A stretch of 64,000 bases of DNA from an uncultured Bacilli bacterium. GTDB taxonomy: Bacteria > Bacillota_I > Bacilli_A > RF39 > UBA660. The notes beneath the pieces are model-generated. The model had not been told where the DNA came from, made no database searches, and was given only the letters and a program-made list of their open reading frames with translations. The stretch spans positions 195,616-259,615 of the forward strand of contig CAKPHU010000002.1 of assembly GCA_934162125.1 (NCBI GenBank), written 5' to 3'. Positions 9,865 through 16,900 of the stretch are shown piece by piece; the first letter of the stretch is position 1, and every line of letters begins with the position of its first letter. A program made the position numbers and the translations under genes.

Positions 9865-10167
9865 TTATAAATCTAATATACTTTCTTTTTTTAGATATGT
9901 CAATTTAATATTATTACTTTTCTTTATTTTTTTTCTTTTAAAATAATAGTTAATCTTATTTATTAAAAATCCTATATTATAAATAGTATAAATATCTATA
10001 ATAAGCCATACTAGTACATATTCGCCTCTAACAAAAAGTACTATATAACTAAATACTATCACACTACAAATCATTAATAATAAAGCACCAATATCTAAAA
10101 TCAATTTAGCTTTTGCTTCACATTTAAACACAGTATCTCTCCTCGAATGTCCCATATTATAACACAA
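9865..10167 (-). CDS. small hypothetical membrane protein (doubtful)
   Basis: 100-aa ORF, two hydrophobic segments, K-rich tail; no homology recognised; overlaps the region where the glyQS T-box promoter must lie. Confidence 0.3.
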   Translation of the reverse strand: MCYNMGHSRRDTVFKCEAKAKLILDIGALLLMICSVIVFSYIVLFVRGEYVLVWLIIDIYTIYNIGFLINKINYYFKRKKIKKSNNIKLTYLKKESILDL

Positions 10168-10170
10168 AAG

Positions 10171-10911
10171 CTAATCTTTTGTCAATTGAGCCACTCTCTT
10201 CACAAAGGCTTTACTCTTTAAATAAATACCTGTATAACGATCATAGTAATCATCTAAGAACTGATTAATTTCTTTTGTAACCACACTAGAAACATCTAGC
10301 TTACTTATATTTTTTATATCTACATAGTAATAAAGTCTAATCATCTTTATAGTCTTCTCACTAACTAATCCTTCATCGCTATAACAATCTCCACAAATAT
10401 ATCCTCCACTATGAGAAGATAAAGTAACAATATTTTTATTATTGCCACATTTACTACAACTATTTAACGCCGGACTAACGCCCAAATAATTAAGCATTTT
10501 AAGTTCTAAAATATTTGTAAGAGCCATCGGATCTAATCCCGCATTAATCTTTTCTAAAGTATCTCTAAGTATAAAATAAATACTACTATCATTATTATCT
10601 TTTGCTACCTGATAAACTAAGTCTAAAAGGAAAGCTGCATAACTAATCTTTTCTAAATCTGTCATAATATTCGAAAATGAATTAATAACATCAACACTTA
10701 TTAAAGTTGATAATCCATTTTCTCTATAATAAATATGAAATGTTCCATAAACAAGTTTAGCACTAACTCCTCTTAATTTACTCTTAACATTTCGGCACCC
10801 TTTAGACATAATTCCAATAAGTCCCTGTGGAGTCAAAACATTAAGTATTTTACTGGACTCACTATAATTAGTCTCACTTAAAACAATTCCTTCTAAACTT
10901 TCTATTTTCAT
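10171..10911 (-). CDS. recO: DNA repair protein RecO
   Basis: 246 aa, C-terminal zinc finger CSKCGNN...CGDCYSD; era-yqzL-recO synteny. Confidence 0.9.
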   Translation of the reverse strand: MKIESLEGIVLSETNYSESSKILNVLTPQGLIGIMSKGCRNVKSKLRGVSAKLVYGTFHIYYRENGLSTLISVDVINSFSNIMTDLEKISYAAFLLDLVYQVAKDNNDSSIYFILRDTLEKINAGLDPMALTNILELKMLNYLGVSPALNSCSKCGNNKNIVTLSSHSGGYICGDCYSDEGLVSEKTIKMIRLYYYVDIKNISKLDVSSVVTKEINQFLDDYYDRYTGIYLKSKAFVKRVAQLTKD

Positions 10912-11001
10912 CTATTTCACTTCTTTATTTAATTCTTTCCATAAATTATAATATCGAATGTCTCCAGTCTTTACAAATAAATTCCAAAGTACATCATACA
11001 T
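10912..11001 (-). CDS. yqzL: YqzL-like small protein (29-41 aa, below ORF-track cut-off)
   Basis: ORF (MKNHQYINRGDF)MYDVLWNLFVKTGDIRYYNLWKELNKEVK; RBS AGAGGTG before second ATG (11001); stop TAG abuts recO ATG; same position as B. subtilis yqzL between era and recO. If the first ATG (11037) is the real start, the CDS spans 10912..11037 and overlaps nothing else. Confidence 0.4.
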   Translation of the reverse strand: MYDVLWNLFVKTGDIRYYNLWKELNKEVK

Positions 11002-11042
11002 AAAATCACCTCTATTAATATATTGGTGATTTTTCATTTATT

Positions 11043-11933
11043 TTATTCATCAGTCTCTTCTAAACCTAATTCAACTAGATATTTTTCTCTATCTCTCCAA
11101 TTTTTCAAGGTTTTAACATATGTCTCTAAGTAGACTTTCTTACCCAAGAATTTTTCCATATCACTTCTTGCTCTAATACCAACTTCTTTAAGCATTTGTC
11201 CACCCTTGCCAATAACAATCTTCTTAATGTTATCTCTATCTACTACAATAAGTACTTGAATATGAACACAATCCTCATCTTCTTCGTAATTTTCTACATA
11301 ACAAGTTACAGTATGAGGAACTTCATCATGAGTAAGTTCTAATAATTTTTCACGAACAAACTCTGCCATAATAAATCTAGTTGTAACATTAGTAAGTTCA
11401 TCTTCTGAATATATTGCATCCATCTCTGGTAAATATTTTTTAATACATTTAATAAGTAAATCAGTATTGTCCCCCTTCAAAGCTGAAATAGGAATAATCT
11501 CACTGAAATCATATAATTCTTTTAATTCATTGATTTTACCCAATAATATTTCTTTATTTTTAATCTTATCTACTTTATTTAAAAGTAAAAATACTGGTAC
11601 ATCATGTTCCTTTATTTTATTAAGAACAAACTTATCACCTGTTCCAAATCCTTTTTCTATGTCTACTAAAAACAAGATTATATCTACACCTTCAGTAGAA
11701 TTATAAGCTTTCTTATTCATAATTGTTCCAAGTTTATGTGTTGGTTTATGAATACCTGGAGTATCTACAAAAATAATTTGTGCTTCATCATCATTATAAA
11801 TACCTTGAATTATATTTCTAGTTGTTCCACTAACATCAGAAGTTATTGCTAATTTAAGTCCTAACAACTCATTAAGCAATGTACTCTTTCCTACATTAGG
11901 TCTTCCTACTAAACTTACAAAACCACATTTCAT
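11043..11933 (-). CDS. era: GTPase Era
   Basis: G1 motif GRPNVGKSTLLN, DTPG, NKVD, C-terminal KH domain; 296 aa. Confidence 0.95.
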   Translation of the reverse strand: MKCGFVSLVGRPNVGKSTLLNELLGLKLAITSDVSGTTRNIIQGIYNDDEAQIIFVDTPGIHKPTHKLGTIMNKKAYNSTEGVDIILFLVDIEKGFGTGDKFVLNKIKEHDVPVFLLLNKVDKIKNKEILLGKINELKELYDFSEIIPISALKGDNTDLLIKCIKKYLPEMDAIYSEDELTNVTTRFIMAEFVREKLLELTHDEVPHTVTCYVENYEEDEDCVHIQVLIVVDRDNIKKIVIGKGGQMLKEVGIRARSDMEKFLGKKVYLETYVKTLKNWRDREKYLVELGLEETDE

Positions 11934-12316
11934 ACTAAATCATCACTTCCAAAAGGAAAAGGACACATATCACTGACTCTATACTCTACATAGCCGCCAT
12001 TTGTTGAAAAGCATCTTATAATAGCGTCTTTATCAAATAATTCTGAAATTACTTGACGACATAAAAAGCAAGGTGTACCTATTTGTCCACTTCCAACCAT
12101 TACATTAAGTTCTCTAAAATCATATCTTTTATATCCTGCACTAATTGCTGAAACTATAGCACTTCTTTCCGCACATATTGCTGCTCCATAACTAGCATTT
12201 TCAACATTAACTCCACAAAATTCTGTTCCATCTTTCATTACCGCAATCGCGCTAACTCTGAATTTTGAATAAGGTGAATAACTATTTTCTAATAACTTTA
12301 ACAATTTATCTTTCAT
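11930..12316 (-). CDS. cdd: cytidine deaminase
   Basis: CAERSAI and PCFLCRQV zinc-binding motifs; 128 aa. Confidence 0.9.
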   Translation of the reverse strand: MKDKLLKLLENSYSPYSKFRVSAIAVMKDGTEFCGVNVENASYGAAICAERSAIVSAISAGYKRYDFRELNVMVGSGQIGTPCFLCRQVISELFDKDAIIRCFSTNGGYVEYRVSDMCPFPFGSDDLV

Positions 12317-12326
12317 ATATTTTCTC

Positions 12327-12725
12327 CTATAATCCTATAAATATTATAAACTTTGGTACAAAAATAATTAGTCCAATAACTGCTGCAATAATTGCTATCA
12401 TAAGTACTCCAGCACTAGCTGTATCTTTGGCAGCCTTTGCCAAAGGATGTATTTCTGGTGACGCTAAATCAACAGTATATTCTATTGCTGTATTAAAAAA
12501 CTCTGCCATTAAAACTAAACCAATTAAAATTAAACAAGCTAACCATTCACTATAAGTAATCTTAAAAATAAAGCCACATACAATAACTAAAATAGCCATT
12601 ACCGTATGAATCTTTAAATTTTGTTCTCCTTTATAAGCTTGAACAATACCCATAAAAGCAAACTTAAAACTATTAGTTAGTCTCTTCTTATCAATACCTA
12701 ACTTCTTCTTATCTTTTAATTCCAT
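12327..12725 (-). CDS. dgkA: diacylglycerol/undecaprenol kinase
   Basis: Small 3-TM protein with EF(F)NTAIE motif typical of DgkA; start trimmed to MELKDKKK to limit overlap with ybeY. Confidence 0.8.
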   Translation of the reverse strand: MELKDKKKLGIDKKRLTNSFKFAFMGIVQAYKGEQNLKIHTVMAILVIVCGFIFKITYSEWLACLILIGLVLMAEFFNTAIEYTVDLASPEIHPLAKAAKDTASAGVLMIAIIAAVIGLIIFVPKFIIFIGL

Positions 12726-13152
12726 TAGCTTCCAAAACCTCCTCTTGTTTTCCAAACATAACTTTTTCATCTTCCTTAGTCATGTGATCATACCCAAGTA
12801 AATGATAAAAACCATGTACAGCTAAAAAAGAAAGTTCTCTAAGTAAAGAATGTCCATATTCTTCAGCCTGACTACGTGCTTTATCAATAGAAATGTATAT
12901 ATCTCCTAAAACTCTTACATCTTCTGGTAAAACTAAACTATCTTCATCTTCTAAAGCAAAAGTAATAACGTCAGTCTCTCTATCAATTTTACGATAATCC
13001 CTATTAAGTTCATGAATATAATCATTATCTACAATAATTAAATTAAAACTTACATCTCCCAAGTTTTCTTTAACAATTGCACTTTCTAAAACTTTCTCTA
13101 CTGTTTCTAATTCTTCAATTTCTTGATCTGTTTGATTAAATATTTCTACCAC
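12709..13152 (-). CDS. ybeY: rRNA maturation endoribonuclease YbeY
   Basis: HGFYHLLGYDH metal-binding motif; 147 aa. Confidence 0.9.
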   Translation of the reverse strand: MVEIFNQTDQEIEELETVEKVLESAIVKENLGDVSFNLIIVDNDYIHELNRDYRKIDRETDVITFALEDEDSLVLPEDVRVLGDIYISIDKARSQAEEYGHSLLRELSFLAVHGFYHLLGYDHMTKEDEKVMFGKQEEVLEANGIKR

Positions 13153-13161
13153 AAAAACCTC

Positions 13162-13755
13162 CTATAATAATATTGCTATTATTCCTGCAACCGCAAAAAT
13201 TGCTAAAACATCTAAAAAATATTCATTTCCAAGTAATTTAGGACTCCTCTTACCTAATCTATCTAATATATTATACAAGTAGAAACCAAAAGTCCCACCT
13301 AGTACATTTAAAATAATATCATCAACATCAAATACTCTCCCTATCATAAGTTGAACAACCTCAATAGATAAAGATGCTACCAATGTTAAGACAACTGTTA
13401 ACAATGGCCTTTTATTATCTAACAAGTAGCTAGTAAAGAAACCAAAAGGTAAGAAAAGTAACATATTTCCTAAAACGTTCTTAATGAATAAACGACTGCC
13501 AATATTATACCTCAATATTTCTCTAAAAGGAATAAAATTATTTGTTGACCAGCTAACCTCATCTTGAAATGTAACAATTTGGAATAAACACATACTATAA
13601 ATGATGAATCCAAGCATCAACAACTCTTTATATAAAACAAATCTCTCTTTATTTTTAATAAGATAACTGATTCTTAATGAAATAATGATTATACAAGAAA
13701 TTATAACCATTGGCCATGTAAAATCAACTACACCATGTATCATTGGACCAAGCAT
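13162..13755 (-). CDS. VanZ-like integral membrane protein
   Basis: Multi-TM; ...NVLGNMLLFLPFGFF...EVVQLMIGRVFDVDDIILNVLG pattern of VanZ family. Confidence 0.55.
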   Translation of the reverse strand: MLGPMIHGVVDFTWPMVIISCIIIISLRISYLIKNKERFVLYKELLMLGFIIYSMCLFQIVTFQDEVSWSTNNFIPFREILRYNIGSRLFIKNVLGNMLLFLPFGFFTSYLLDNKRPLLTVVLTLVASLSIEVVQLMIGRVFDVDDIILNVLGGTFGFYLYNILDRLGKRSPKLLGNEYFLDVLAIFAVAGIIAILL

Positions 13756-13766
13756 CTTACCACCTC

Positions 13767-14906
13767 TTATTCTTCATTAACTATCTCTCTAAAATCTGTA
13801 ATATCTTCTTTTACTTTAATAAATACTTCTACTCTTATTTTACTATTTTTTTCCTCTTTTTTCAAAACTTTTTTATCTTGAATAACGATATCCTTACCAT
13901 ACTTAGTATAAACCTTATCAACAGCCTTTTTAAGAGCAAAATCATCTATATTGTTGTAGTTATATTGAAACTCATTAACTACTGTTTCCAAATACTTAGT
14001 ATAACTAATCTTAATAGGCAAAATACTCTTATCCAATATAACAAATTCTTCTCTTTTATATGTTTTAAATTTATTAAACAAAGTAAAATGCTTATCTAAA
14101 AAAATAAACTCTAACTGACTCTTCTCTCTACCAGTTACAATCTCTTCATGATATTTCTTAGGTATTTCTAAATCAACTTTATACCATATTTCTCCATAAA
14201 CATATCCCCTAGCACATCTAGTTGACATCAAATCCTCTTTATTATGAATATTACCACTAATTATAATGTCTCCTTTATGTACATAATCATATTTCTTCGC
14301 AACTACTTCACCCTCTTCTGCTTTTATCTCCAAAATCATTGCATCTTTTAAAGCCACAATATCTCTCTTATTACAAACTTCTGTATCTCTATTCTTCTTT
14401 CTCTCTTCAACTCTAACTACATACTTAGTCCCAATCTCTTCTATCTCAATCCACTCTAAATCATTATTTTCTTTCTTTAATATTTCCTTAATAATAGCTT
14501 CTTTTCTCTTATAATTTACTTTAAAATGATATTTCTCTATCCCATATCTTTTTAAATCATTAGAAACTAACTCTTTAATATAATTATTAGAATGAATAAC
14601 TTCCACAGAAAAAATAATATTACTCAAGAATATATTTAGTAAAACTCCCCCAATAAAACAAATAAAAAATAAATAACTATATCTCAAGTAATGTTTTACT
14701 CTAGCAACACCATAATAGTTAAGTATTTGATATTTATAACTAGTCTTAATCTTTTTTATTTTATTGAGTCCATCATCATCCACCACTAAAATTAATTTAT
14801 TATAACTTTTCTCTAAAGAATAAATCTTAACATTTCTAGTTAATAGTTTCTTAAAAAAATAATCTGGATTCTTTCCTTCGATTACTATTCTATACTTACT
14901 AGTCAT
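13767..14906 (-). CDS. yqfD: sporulation protein YqfD-like
   Basis: 379 aa, single TM after ~90 aa, follows yqfC homolog exactly as in B. subtilis yqfC-yqfD. Confidence 0.65.
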   Translation of the reverse strand: MTSKYRIVIEGKNPDYFFKKLLTRNVKIYSLEKSYNKLILVVDDDGLNKIKKIKTSYKYQILNYYGVARVKHYLRYSYLFFICFIGGVLLNIFLSNIIFSVEVIHSNNYIKELVSNDLKRYGIEKYHFKVNYKRKEAIIKEILKKENNDLEWIEIEEIGTKYVVRVEERKKNRDTEVCNKRDIVALKDAMILEIKAEEGEVVAKKYDYVHKGDIIISGNIHNKEDLMSTRCARGYVYGEIWYKVDLEIPKKYHEEIVTGREKSQLEFIFLDKHFTLFNKFKTYKREEFVILDKSILPIKISYTKYLETVVNEFQYNYNNIDDFALKKAVDKVYTKYGKDIVIQDKKVLKKEEKNSKIRVEVFIKVKEDITDFREIVNEE

Positions 14907-15138
14907 AGAATACCTCTAAGTTAAATATCTTCCCATTAATTAATATTTCTTTATCTAAAAGTTTATTTAAAACAAGATTTTCCCCTTTAATAACATACAT
15001 AACATCTCCAACTTTTAAAGCCACTCTAGAATCTGTTAAGGTCAAAATATTACTATAGTTAACAGCATATACTCTATCCTGATAGATTGTTAATCTAAAC
15101 TCTTCATCTTTAACATATTCTCTTATTTTATCAAACAC
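14899..15138 (-). CDS. yqfC: sporulation protein YqfC-like
   Basis: 79 aa; ...LTLTDSRVALKVGDVMYVIKGENLVLNKL... resembles YqfC; overlaps yqfD start. Confidence 0.65.
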   Translation of the reverse strand: MFDKIREYVKDEEFRLTIYQDRVYAVNYSNILTLTDSRVALKVGDVMYVIKGENLVLNKLLDKEILINGKIFNLEVFYD

Positions 15139-15223
15139 TTATATCACCTATAAAAGTATATGAAAATAGATTACTTCTTAGTAACAACTCCATTTATATT
15201 ATTTAACAAAAAGAAAAAAATCC

Positions 15224-15247
15224 CACAAAAAAAGTTCATTTCTGAAC
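15224..15247 (-). terminator. intrinsic terminator after yqeY
   Basis: Hairpin GTTCAGAAATGAAC followed by T7 on the minus strand directly after the yqeY stop. Confidence 0.55.
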
Positions 15248-15694
15248 TTATTGTAATTTACTCTTAATTATTTCACTAACTTTTTTCATATCAGCTCTAC
15301 CTCTTAGTTTAGCAGTAGCTTCTTTCATAACTTTACCCATATCTTTAACGCTTTCAGGTTTTACTTCTGCAAATATTTTTTCTATTTCTTCTACTACTTC
15401 ACTCTCTGATAATTGTTCTGGTAAATAAGCTTTTAAAATTTCAATCTCTTTCTTTGTTTTTTCAACTAAATCTTCACGATTACCTTTTTCAAATTCTAAA
15501 ATAGATTCTTCACGCATTTTAACTTGTTTACTAACAACATCAATTAGTAATTCATCATTAATTTCTCTTTTACGATCAATATGTTCAAGATCCATTGCTG
15601 CTTTAACCATTCTAATAACAGTTAAACGTTCTTTATCTTTTTCTTTCATTGCTTGAATCATATCAGCTTTTAATTTTTCTACCATGTTTTTCAT
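15248..15694 (-). CDS. yqeY: GatB/YqeY domain protein
   Basis: 148 aa, ...ERLTVIRMVKAAMDLEHIDRKREINDELLIDVVSKQVKMREES... YqeY family; rpsU-yqeY arrangement as in Bacillus. Confidence 0.85.
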   Translation of the reverse strand: MKNMVEKLKADMIQAMKEKDKERLTVIRMVKAAMDLEHIDRKREINDELLIDVVSKQVKMREESILEFEKGNREDLVEKTKKEIEILKAYLPEQLSESEVVEEIEKIFAEVKPESVKDMGKVMKEATAKLRGRADMKKVSEIIKSKLQ

Positions 15695-15732
15695 CTCCTA
15701 CTTATATTATATATAAATTTTTAAAAATGTAA

Positions 15733-15760
15733 ATTAAAAAAGAGACTTTTAATAGTCTCT
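15733..15760 (-). terminator. intrinsic terminator / attenuator overlapping rpsU stop
   Basis: Hairpin AGAGACTATTAAAAGTCTCT followed by T-run on minus strand. Confidence 0.45.
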
Positions 15761-15955
15761 GTTATTAGCACGATTTCTCTTTTGAGAATTTTTAATGCCT
15801 TCCTTCTTAGCTGCTCTTCTTCTTACTCCTGGTTTATCATAAGCTTCTCTTTTTCTACACTCTGAAGGGACACCATCTCTTGCGACTTTTTGTTTGAACT
15901 TTCTTAAAGCTTGATCCAAATTACCTTTATTAACAGTTACTTTTGTTGCCATCAT
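15749..15955 (-). CDS. rpsU: 30S ribosomal protein S21
   Basis: MATKVTVNKGNLDQALRKFKQKVARDGVPSECRKREAYDKPGVRRRAAKK; start moved to ATG-ATG after GGGAGGG RBS (track start includes the RBS). Confidence 0.9.
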   Translation of the reverse strand: MMATKVTVNKGNLDQALRKFKQKVARDGVPSECRKREAYDKPGVRRRAAKKEGIKNSQKRNRANNRDY

Positions 15956-15985
15956 TATCCCTCCCTTCGTTTTCAACTACATTGA

Positions 15986-16014
15986 ATTATAACAAAACTT
16001 TTTTTATATTTCAA
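15986..16014 (-). promoter_or_regulatory. sigma-A type promoter for rpsU (TTGAAA-17-TATAAT)
   Basis: Minus strand TTGAAAtataaaaaaagttttgtTATAAT ~35 nt upstream of the rpsU RBS. Confidence 0.5.
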
Positions 16015-16032
16015 CAAAAATTACGACATTTT

Positions 16033-16185
16033 TTACAAAAAGTACTTAAATTCCCACCAAAACCGTAATTTTTCTCCTAAAAGGATTCCAAAATCATATA
16101 AATTATGTAAAACAAGCCCCAATATCGGAATTAAAATTACCACTAGTAAAATCTTAAATACTCTTGAATGTTTATACCATATCAT
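16033..16185 (-). CDS. candidate bacteriocin immunity protein (50 aa, single TM)
   Basis: ORF MIWYKHSRVFKILLVVILIPILGLVLHNLYDFGILLGEKLRFWWEFKYFL; its ATG overlaps the TGA stop of prepeptide 1 (AAATGA), classic translational coupling of immunity genes. Confidence 0.45.
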   Translation of the reverse strand: MIWYKHSRVFKILLVVILIPILGLVLHNLYDFGILLGEKLRFWWEFKYFL

Positions 16186-16352
16186 TTTAAAGGACATAGT
16201 TCACCATCTACTATTCTTCTAATAGCTTCGCCTACGCTACATCCTGCATCATATAACACTTTAACTAATCCTGTAAAAGCACTAATAATTGTACCACTAA
16301 TTGTTGCTCCTCCACTAATCTTTTTAAGTTTTTCCAAAGAAACTCTATCCAT
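16182..16352 (-). CDS. class II bacteriocin prepeptide 1 with double-glycine leader (56 aa)
   Basis: MDRVSLEKLKKISGG|ATISGTIISAFTGLVKVLYDAGCSVGEAIRRIVDGELCPLK: leader fits LS-x2-EL-x2-I-x-GG consensus; RBS AAAGGAG 8 nt upstream; mature peptide has 2 Cys; directly downstream of C39-ABC exporter. Confidence 0.65.
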   Translation of the reverse strand: MDRVSLEKLKKISGGATISGTIISAFTGLVKVLYDAGCSVGEAIRRIVDGELCPLK

Positions 16353-16488
16353 TATTACACTCCTTTGGATTAGTAAAGCCTTCTAGAATCCCCGCAATGA
16401 AGACTACTATAGCCGCAATTGCTAAACCAGTCCATACGGAAAATCCTCCATTTATCTTAGCTAAAGAGTTATTATCCATTCTCTGCAT
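16345..16488 (-). CDS. class II bacteriocin prepeptide 2 with double-glycine leader (47 aa)
   Basis: MQRMDNNSLAKINGG|FSVWTGLAIAAIVVFIAGILEGFTNPKECNNG; hydrophobic mature peptide with GxxxG-like motifs (GLAIA, AGILEG); RBS GGTGA 5 nt upstream; its stop overlaps the ATG of prepeptide 1 (ATGGATAG). Confidence 0.55.
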   Translation of the reverse strand: MQRMDNNSLAKINGGFSVWTGLAIAAIVVFIAGILEGFTNPKECNNG

Positions 16489-16489
16489 A

Positions 16490-16900
16490 CTAATCACCAT
16501 CCTTTATTACTTTAAAAATTTCTCCCAAAGAAATTTGTCTATCCCTTAACACAATCTTAACACTATCACCATCCTTCTTATTTTTAAGACTACAATTAAT
16601 TAAAAGATCATGATAATTACTATCCTCTTCTTTTAATACATTCTTAATAACTTTACTACTCTTCACTTTAATTCTCTTATTGTCCACATAAATATAATTA
16701 CCATTTTTATTATAAATAGTAACATCTCTATCATTAACTATAGCTTCAATAAGTCCCTCATGCTGTACTACTCCATAAATAACATAATAACTATTAATCT
16801 TATAAAATATTGTATATCCTAAAAGAATCAGTCCTAAAATCAAAAATATCAATATAAAAAAGTTTAATCCATAACTCTTCTCATAATTTGTTAACCTCAA
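16490..16900 (-). CDS. small membrane-anchored accessory protein of bacteriocin export (HlyD-like N-terminus only)
   Basis: 136 aa, one N-terminal TM then soluble domain; overlaps ABC gene by 20 nt and its stop is 1 nt before prepeptide 2. Confidence 0.45.
   Translation of the reverse strand: MRLTNYEKSYGLNFFILIFLILGLILLGYTIFYKINSYYVIYGVVQHEGLIEAIVNDRDVTIYNKNGNYIYVDNKRIKVKSSKVIKNVLKEEDSNYHDLLINCSLKNKKDGDSVKIVLRDRQISLGEIFKVIKDGD

Noticed and set aside
16168-16386. Plus-strand 72-aa ORF from the track
   Set aside because: It is the antisense shadow of the two minus-strand bacteriocin prepeptide genes. Low-complexity hydrophobic translation, no RBS.
16490-16900. Calling the 136-aa protein a full HlyD/LcnD-type accessory factor
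   Set aside because: HlyD-family accessory proteins are ~450 aa with long coiled coils. This one has only an N-terminal TM plus ~100 aa, so it is kept as a generic accessory/membrane protein.
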